Source: Eledone cirrhosa (Eukaryota). From it: a stretch of 64,000 bases of DNA. The stretch is from contig OZ024743.1 in assembly GCA_964016885.1 (NCBI GenBank), forward strand, positions 106,206,001 to 106,270,000, in the 5' to 3' direction. This document shows, in pieces, positions 55,846-64,000 of this stretch (within the stretch, counting starts at the first letter, position 1; every line of letters begins with the position of its first letter). The position numbers and the translations under genes were made by a program. The notes under the pieces are model-generated. The model was given only the letters and a program-made list of their open reading frames with translations. It ran no database searches and had not been told where the DNA came from.

Positions 55846-57509
55846 TTATTGACATACCGTAAAAATTATTTCTTGTGGTAGCCTGATTTCGCAGAATTTA
55901 GTGGTCGAAATATGAGCATGGATAATGTTCTATAATGAAACAGATCCATGCAGAATATCGTACTGTAGATGAAAGAATAATTCAAATCAATAGCAACAAT
56001 AGGAAATACAAAAGATTTAGGCAAACGTCGGACACACAAACATTTAATATGATCTACACACAAATATGTGTAGAAAGCGGATATCTGCTTCATTTTATCT
56101 CCTTTTGCTGGAATTACAACCATCTATTGAACTTCCTAATATACTTCGATTTATTTTCAGTTCTTGTAATCTTCCTGTGGAAAACACATTAATATATGTT
56201 TGTTGAACTCCTTTAAAATAATGGGTAAGCACAATTAAAGGACCGTTCACAGAATATAATATTAGGGCGTTCCAGAAAGGCAGAATATAGATGGACCTAA
56301 ACAAGTATTGTCCTTTAAGATATCTTGAAATGGTTAGAACTTACTTGGCTAACTTGCAAATGGACCAAATTAAATGAAGACTATATGTACCGTTCTCTTG
56401 TAATATCCAACTATATGTTCCTATGTTTTAAACATTCATTTTACACATTCCAATATTTAGAGAAATAATTCTTCAGTTTGAATAGTATGTGGTACGTGCT
56501 ACATATTTTTAGAAACATCTTTTATATTGTCATAAGGATTCTTTTCCTGTATATCTGTCTTTTTCAAACATTAATCCACTCCTACCTGTTGTATGTTCTC
56601 TGTTGATAACTCCTGCATTTTGTAACCTTATATTGTTTATTTAATCCCATATAGAATATTGTTATGATTATGCAAGCTATTAGATTTCATTGTTGGCATT
56701 TTCTGCATTTCGTCAACACACACTGTTTATTTAATCCCGCTTATAATATTGTTCTAAATATGAAATCTTATACGAAATTGTTTAACTATGAAATAGAATT
56801 GTGTATTGCAATATTGGTTTTGGTATGTTTTTTGTTTTCTTTTTTTTTGCCTTTTTGATATTGTTCTATTCTGTCGTGGAAGAACATTCCTCTTAAATGT
56901 CTACTACAAGGAAATACGTTTAGCTAAATGTATATAAACATATCACCAGAAGTTTCTACTTCTATAGAACTATGCGGAATTCTCGCAGCAGTAGAGGCCA
57001 GATGGGATTCTGACCAAAGATATATACGAGTATTAGAATATAGCAATCTATGCTAATAAAATATATATCGTTATAGTTAACGGTAACGGTGGTATTTCTA
57101 TTAATTCTATCATTACTAGTAAACATATTCAACGTGGAAAACAAATAAGATAAATATAATAGTGTGGAGGTATTAGTTTAACGGTTGATATATTTGCTAA
57201 ACATTTTTTGAAATCATTTTTGTCGTGGGTAATGTTTTTTTCTGTTAAGTGTACCACTATCTTCCTCCTTTAACTGTGGGTTTTCATTTCCCATGGCATA
57301 ATGTGGGATACGGTATTTGAATATTATAATATTGGCGAAATGGCGAAATAGTTACGGCATCAGAAAAATATTTTATGCTATATGTTAGGTCACTTTGCGT
57401 TGTGAATTAAAGTCTTTCAAGATGTCTTATATGAAAATGATTATATAAACATATGTCCTTATACTTACAGACGGTCAGGCTGCCAATAAATCCATACGCA
57501 CCTGCTGGC

Positions 57510-57758
57510 TTTCACTTCAATTTATTTTGATTAGTTAAATAACCAGATGGTTGTTTATTGTTGTCAAAGCTCTTTTGTCACACATTCTCTGACATCCTCT
57601 CCAAAACAAGATGGCGTAGAACAGAACAAAGGAGAACACAACATAACAAATTAGACATTGAGGAGGTCACAGAATGTGTGACAAAAGAGCTTTGACAATA
57701 AAGAATCATCCGGTTATTAAACTAACTAAATAGAAATTTGTAATAAATTGGAGTGAAA
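57510..57758. repeat. Imperfect inverted repeat, arms about 90-100 bp, 60-bp spacer
   Basis: TTGTCAAAGCTCTTTTGTCACACATTCT.TGAC.TCCTC (left) against GAGGA.GTCA.AGAATGTGTGACAAAAGAGCTTTGACAA (right); outer TTTCACTTCAATTTATT / AATAAATTGGAGTGAAA. Confidence 0.85.
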
Positions 57759-58160
57759 ACAGTATTGTCTCAACGTCCTTCCGCACCTTGTTATTTGCAC
57801 TGAGAGAGGTGTTCGTTTAATGTGTTTTATCGAATGTTTGTCTGTTTTCCATGATATCGCAAGTCAACGTAAACCCAGTTTACGACTTCGTCCTTGTTCT
57901 CCCATTTATTTCTCTCTAAACTGCCCTCGCGTTCTGTCAATTTCTCCCATCGCCCTCATGTTTATCTCTGTTCTTCTCGTTGATTGTGTGTCGTTTGTTC
58001 TTTCTTGTGATTGTCAGTGTATATTCTTCCTTCACCTTTCTTTGTTATTATTGTTGTGAGCTGCAATAGCTGCTTCTAGAATTATGTATGGTGGTTTGTT
58101 CTAGTGTTGGCTTTATTCACCCTCTTTCTTCCTGCCGCACACAGTTTTCACGAAATGTTA

Positions 58161-58233
<73 letters not shown>

Positions 58234-58265
58234 AGATTTGAATGGATACAGTTTAGTTGAAAGGA

Positions 58266-58385
58266 ATTTATTGACACGTGTTTCTATAACAGTTACATAA
58301 CCTAAAACAGCTATCTACAAACTTTTAGTTATGCAGACATTCAATATTTCAATGTTATTGTTTACTGTCATTTCATCAGAATAAT
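58266..58385 (-). ncRNA. Minimal type I hammerhead (family H2), inverted pLTR copy
   Basis: Reverse complement of 60490-60609. Confidence 0.75.
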
Positions 58386-58861
58386 ATTACTGAGGACCTA
58401 TTTAGTTTTTATAGAGAATATTAGGAGGAAGGGGTGAAGTTGTTAGAAGAATAGTTGAAGGAGTGGTTTTTCGATAGCAGTGAGAATTCTTGGTGGCAGT
58501 GATTAATTAGATTCCCATCTGTTGTTTTGACATTTTTTATAGAATATATTATTGGTTATTTTTCTAAATCTATAGAAGGATTAGAGATAGTAAAGATATG
58601 CGTGGTTGGTTTTGTGTTTGCACTTAACATTCAGACTTAAATTTTTCTTTCAAGTGTACGTATTCTTTCACCCACGCATTCACACACAAATATATTTGCA
58701 CACCTCTACAAAATACATATACTCACAATTCACATATTCATACTTACATATATATACACATGCATACACATATATATACACACATGTATTCATGTACATA
58801 CATACGCGCTCATGTGTATACATTTTCATACTCAACTTATCTTTATATATACACACGTATA

Positions 58862-59531
58862 TATACCACACAAATACCACAAAATCCTAAACCCTACCAC
58901 TATAAGACTGTCATACTCTACAGCGTTAAACCTTGAACAACACATAAAAAAGATCAATACTAGAAGGTTAAACGAAAACACTAAGAACTTAAGTACAAAG
59001 AACCCCCAAAAAACAGTAGACAATACACTACAGAACATAAATAAACCACACCTAAGTTCGTCCGCAATACTACTCCAGAGAAAACCCAACGTACACAACT
59101 GTAACTGCACCTATCCTGACAACTGCCCCCTCGGCAATAACTGCCGGGAAAAAAATATTATTTATAAGTGTACCATTAAATCCGGAGGCAACGAGTGGTA
59201 TTACGTGGGATCAACGGCAACATCGTTTAAATCTCGATTGTATAGGCATTCTTACTCAATAAAACACCAGAGCCAAAGAAATGTAACAACTTTAGCAGAG
59301 AAAGCTTGGACGCTCAGGGATAGCAATCAAAAGTTTACCCTAAAATGGGAAAAATTAGCTAAAACCCAAAGCTTTTCCAGGAGCCAAAATTTCTGCAAAT
59401 TGTGTAATCTTGAGATTTATTACATAATCACACACAAGAAGAAACTGCTGAATAACAGAATTGAACGAACATTATTCTGCCGTCACAGAACTAAAACCCT
59501 TTTTTCCCACTACAAGCCGAATATTACATAA
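58862..59531 (+). CDS. Open C-terminal fragment of a PLE protein: Cys-rich linker plus GIY-YIG endonuclease
   Basis: TIRLSYS, CNC..CPLGNNC, IIYKC..YYVGST..FKSR..H, W..L.W, CKLCNLE, LLNNRIE..CRH. The RT is lost; the N-terminus in the ORF track comes from the inverted pLTR. Confidence 0.85.
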
Positions 59532-59847
59532 AAGAGGGACATCCCCCAACTATATAAACCTTAATCTAGTTAGAAAAATATAAAAAACAATCTCTTTTCA
59601 ACATATATTAATAACCTTAAATTACCATACTAATAATGAAAAGATATGCTGATGAGAATAGGTACAAATATGCGATAATGAATGTGTCTAAAAACGTCCA
59701 TAAGTATGTATATATATGTGAAAATGTATATAAATAAGTAAATATATATATATGTTTGATGTGTATAGTTAGATGTAAGTGTATTCATGTATTAAAGTGC
59801 TTATATATATATATATATATGTGTGTGTGTATATGTGTGTATATATG

Positions 59848-59900
<53 letters not shown>

Positions 59901-60489
59901 GTATATGTATATATGTATATATATATGTGTATGTATGTATGTGTATATGGATGTGTATGTATGTGTATGTGTGTACACATGGACTAGAGTATGTATGTAT
60001 ATATGTGTGTGTCTATACGTGTGTATATATAAAGATAAGTTGAGTATGAAAATGTATACACATGAGCGCGTATGTATGTACATGAATACATGTGTGTATA
60101 TATATGTGTATGCATGTGTATATATATGTAAGTATGAATATGTGAATTGTGAGTATATGTATTTTGTAGAGGTGTGCAAATATATTTGTGTGTGAATGCG
60201 TGGGTGAAAGAATACGTACACTTGAAAGAAAAATTTAAGTCTGAATGTTAAGTGCAAACACAAAACCAACCACGCATATCTTTACTATCTCTAATCCTTC
60301 TATAGATTTAGAAAAATAACCAATAATATATTCTATAAAAAATGTCAAAACAACAGATGGGAATCTAATTAATCACTGCCACCAAGAATTCTCACTGCTA
60401 TCGAAAAACCACTCCTTCAACTATTCTTCTAACAACTTCACCCCTTCCTCCTAATATTCTCTATAAAAACTAAATAGGTCCTCAGTAAT

Positions 60490-60609
60490 ATTATTCTGAT
60501 GAAATGACAGTAAACAATAACATTGAAATATTGAATGTCTGCATAACTAAAAGTTTGTAGATAGCTGTTTTAGGTTATGTAACTGTTATAGAAACACGTG
60601 TCAATAAAT
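60490..60609 (+). ncRNA. Minimal type I hammerhead (family H2) with an extended stem II
   Basis: Stem I TTATT/AATAA; CTGATGA at 60496-60502; stem II ATGACAGT/ACTGTTAT closing about 70 nt, with an A.A mismatch at the base; GAAA-C-ACGT-G-TC with a palindromic tetraloop; predicted cleavage after 60602. Confidence 0.75.
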
Positions 60610-60803
60610 TCCTTTCAACTAAACTGTATCCATTCAAATCTTTCTATTTTTCTCCGGATTACTTTTGGAACTACAACTGGAACCGTCGAGCAAACTCTAC
60701 GTGAGCTGATAATCTACTGTGTGTAATATTTATATTACAACACAACGGAAAAAACTGTATATATATATATATATATATATATCACTGTATATATATACAT
60801 ATG

Positions 60804-60899
<96 letters not shown>

Positions 60900-61022
60900 C
60901 ATATACATAGGTATATATATACAATGATATTAAATAAATGGAAACTATATTTATAAAACCATATTTATTCTATTATATATATTTTTAAGCTTATTGAATC
61001 ACAACAAATTAAATATAACCTC

Positions 61023-61091
<69 letters not shown>

Positions 61092-61186
61092 GAATAAATA
61101 TGGTTTTATAAATATAGTTTCCATTTTTTTAATATCATTGTATATATATACATATGTATATGTACATATCTATTTTATATATATAT

Positions 61187-61306
<120 letters not shown>

Positions 61307-61410
61307 GTGTGTGTGTATACATATATATATATAATATATATATACATATACATATGTATATATATACAATGATATTAAATAAATGGAAACTATATTTATA
61401 AAACCATATT

Positions 61411-61465
61411 TATTCTATTATTTCGAGGGTACCAACACTTTGGTATGCTTTTATCAGATAAAGTA
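61411..61465 (-). ncRNA. Defective H1 hammerhead
   Basis: Core CTGATAA (G8 to A) and stem III/loop 3 deleted (GAAA-TA); stem II TACC/GGTA retained. Confidence 0.6.
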
Positions 61466-61586
61466 CAAAGTGTGTTTTATAGATTTTGACATAACCAAGG
61501 AAAATACGGTTCAAGTTTTCCTTGGATAGTCTTGAATCATTAAGGTATTTTCCTTGGTTATGTCAAACTGTATAAAACAGACTTCG

Positions 61587-61647
61587 TATTTCATCTGATG
61601 AAATCATACCAAAGTTTTAGTACCCTTGAAATATATATAATAGAATA
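61587..61647 (+). ncRNA. Minimal type I hammerhead (family H1)
   Basis: TATTTCAT-CTGATGA-AATCATACCAAAGTTTTAGTACCCTT-GAAA-T-ATAT-A-TA-ATAGAATA. Confidence 0.78.
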
Positions 61648-61963
61648 AATATGATGTTATAAATATAGTTTCCATTTATTTAATATCATTGAATATTATA
61701 CTCCAGAAATCTTATCGAGTGCTCTGAATCAGTTATAAACATTTATATTTGTAGAATTACAACCAAATTGAATAACCCTTCTGCTTATATCTATCTCTCT
61801 CTATATATATATATTAATACATATAAGTAGAAGGGATATTCAATTTGTTTGTCATTCAATAAATATAAATGTTTATAACTGATTCGGAGCACTCGACAAG
61901 TTTTCTGGAGTATAATATTCAATGATATTAAATAAATGGAAACTATATTTATAGAACCATATT

Positions 61964-62024
61964 TATTCTATTATATATATTTCAAGGGTACCAAAACTGT
62001 GGTATGATTTCATCAGATGAAATA
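61964..62024 (-). ncRNA. Minimal type I hammerhead (family H1)
   Basis: Minus strand: TATTTCAT-CTGATGA-AATCATACCACAGTTTTGGTACCCTT-GAAA-T-ATAT-A-TA-ATAGAATA. Confidence 0.8.
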
Positions 62025-62543
62025 CAAAGTCTGTTTTATAAATTTTGACATAACCAAGATTTAACAATTATCTAATTAATTTAAATAGACAATTCTGTTG
62101 ATTGGTTAATTATTTGTGTTTGTTTAATAACATCTAGTCGAAAGCTTATTCTGAAAGTTAGCGGAAATTATATTTCCTTTGTCTAACATTTTGAATGACC
62201 CGCCAAAAACCGGGGATTATTTCCCTTGCTGGAACTAAATATACAACTAAATATACGATTCACTGCTGCTAGCGGCAACATTTAGCATGTCGCTCCGTTC
62301 TTTCGTAGAATGAAAACATGTTGATGAATTGAATCCTCTGCTCGGTCATGATGACCACGAGCTTGGCAGTTACGTAATCTGATATTTGAAGTTGCATTCA
62401 TAGAAACACTTTAAACGTATAACGTTTGATTTGTCCAGGTGTATTTTTTCTCAACCTGTTAGTTCTTTCGTTACTTTGGTATTGTGTGTTAGATTTTGCC
62501 TACCACAATGTTCAATTTGTCAAGCTATTTAAACGTATGTTAT

Positions 62544-62761
<218 letters not shown>

Positions 62762-63194
62762 CGTCACAACTGAAGGAAATGTATGAATAAGCAATTATAT
62801 TGCTGGAAAAAATACGGTTTTGTATTTGAGGTAAATTCATAGGTTATGTAGTATAAGAATCTATATTTCTTGATTTTCATTAACTAAAATATCACCATTG
62901 TTCCTGATATATCATAACTGATTTTCTTTATTACAATCTACACAGATCATTCAATAGTTAATTCCTTGATTCAGCAAAAGAAATATGACTAGATCTTCTT
63001 ATGCTTGCATTTAATGAAAAAAAAAAAAAACAGTGAAAATAAAACATATACTTGAAGGATTCGATCGTGTCGTGGAACATAATCACCAATTATTATACTC
63101 TCTGTGATTTATTTATTAATTTCCGTTTCGTTGTAGCCCTTTATATGTTAGATGAGATCTAATTGAAATCATATATTCCTAAAACCGGAAGTAT

Positions 63195-63420
<226 letters not shown>

Positions 63421-64000
63421 GGGGTATATGTATAAATATATAAAATATACAAATTACATTTAAGATCAATACAGATCACTGACAAGCAGGCAGAAATCCT
63501 AATTTTCTACAGTTGTAATTTCGTCCAATTAATTGAAAGTATTTTAATGCTGGTAATTCAGTACACCCTATGCAATTAGGTATGTCACCATAGCAATATA
63601 TATCAAATGATGATAATCATTGCCAACTGCGGCACATAGCCAGATATTCCATATGGATTGTGCTTGGTTTAATTGACCTTAATATTTCATTGATAAACCA
63701 TTAATAGGAGGTAGCATACACGGCAATAAGTATGGTTAGGTATTAATCATAATCTCAAAGAATCTCCCATATACAGCTGCATTTAGCTATAATTACGACA
63801 AAGCAAAGAAGGAGTCAATTCAGGAGGATTCACACGAAGATCTTGAAAGCGATGGTTAGGATGGAGATGCCAGATTAGTTTCCGCAGTGTGATCAGTTTC
63901 CATGAAATTTGTCATAATGTTGGCAATTTTGAAATTCCCAGATTTTAGTATAGGAGCATTAACCAGGTCTTCAGTTCGAGGTCACCATAGGTGAAGAACT

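Larger units (their letters stand above)
58229..60760 (+). mobile_element. 5'-truncated Penelope-like element (Naiad-like endonuclease) with an inverted 5' pLTR, between (TA)n tracts
   Basis: 58229-58861 is an apparently perfect 633-bp inverted copy of 60014-60646. The GIY-YIG ORF lies between them. A hammerhead sits in each pLTR; (TA)n on both flanks. Confidence 0.9.

Overview
Eukaryotic, AT-rich, microsatellite-dense DNA. The Deu/Nin-domain tRNA-derived SINEs and the TA/CA/GA/ATT repeat load suggest an octopus-like cephalopod (inference). I found no host protein-coding exon; most ORF-track entries are microsatellite or antisense artefacts. The window is mostly retroelements. (i) At least seven R4/Dong-like RLE non-LTR copies or fragments from two or more families, several stacked head-to-tail in (AAT)n tracts. 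(ii) One near-full-length Tx1/L1-like APE element, one decayed copy and several 3' fragments. (iii) Penelope-like elements (PLEs) of several types, one with a 633-bp inverted pLTR pair. (iv) Many SINEs, a non-autonomous Helitron, a MITE and Tc1 relics. Main observations: eight minimal type I hammerhead ribozyme motifs in three sequence families, five of them in a short non-coding unit that forms an alternating inverted array at 60.9-62.1 kb; recurrent fold-back palindromes centred on (TA)n; strand-polarised use of the same (AAT/ATT)n microsatellite by R4/Dong versus Tx1 and SINE; and a compact nested double pseudoknot at the extreme 5' end of one R4/Dong element. All alignments and folds were done by eye.
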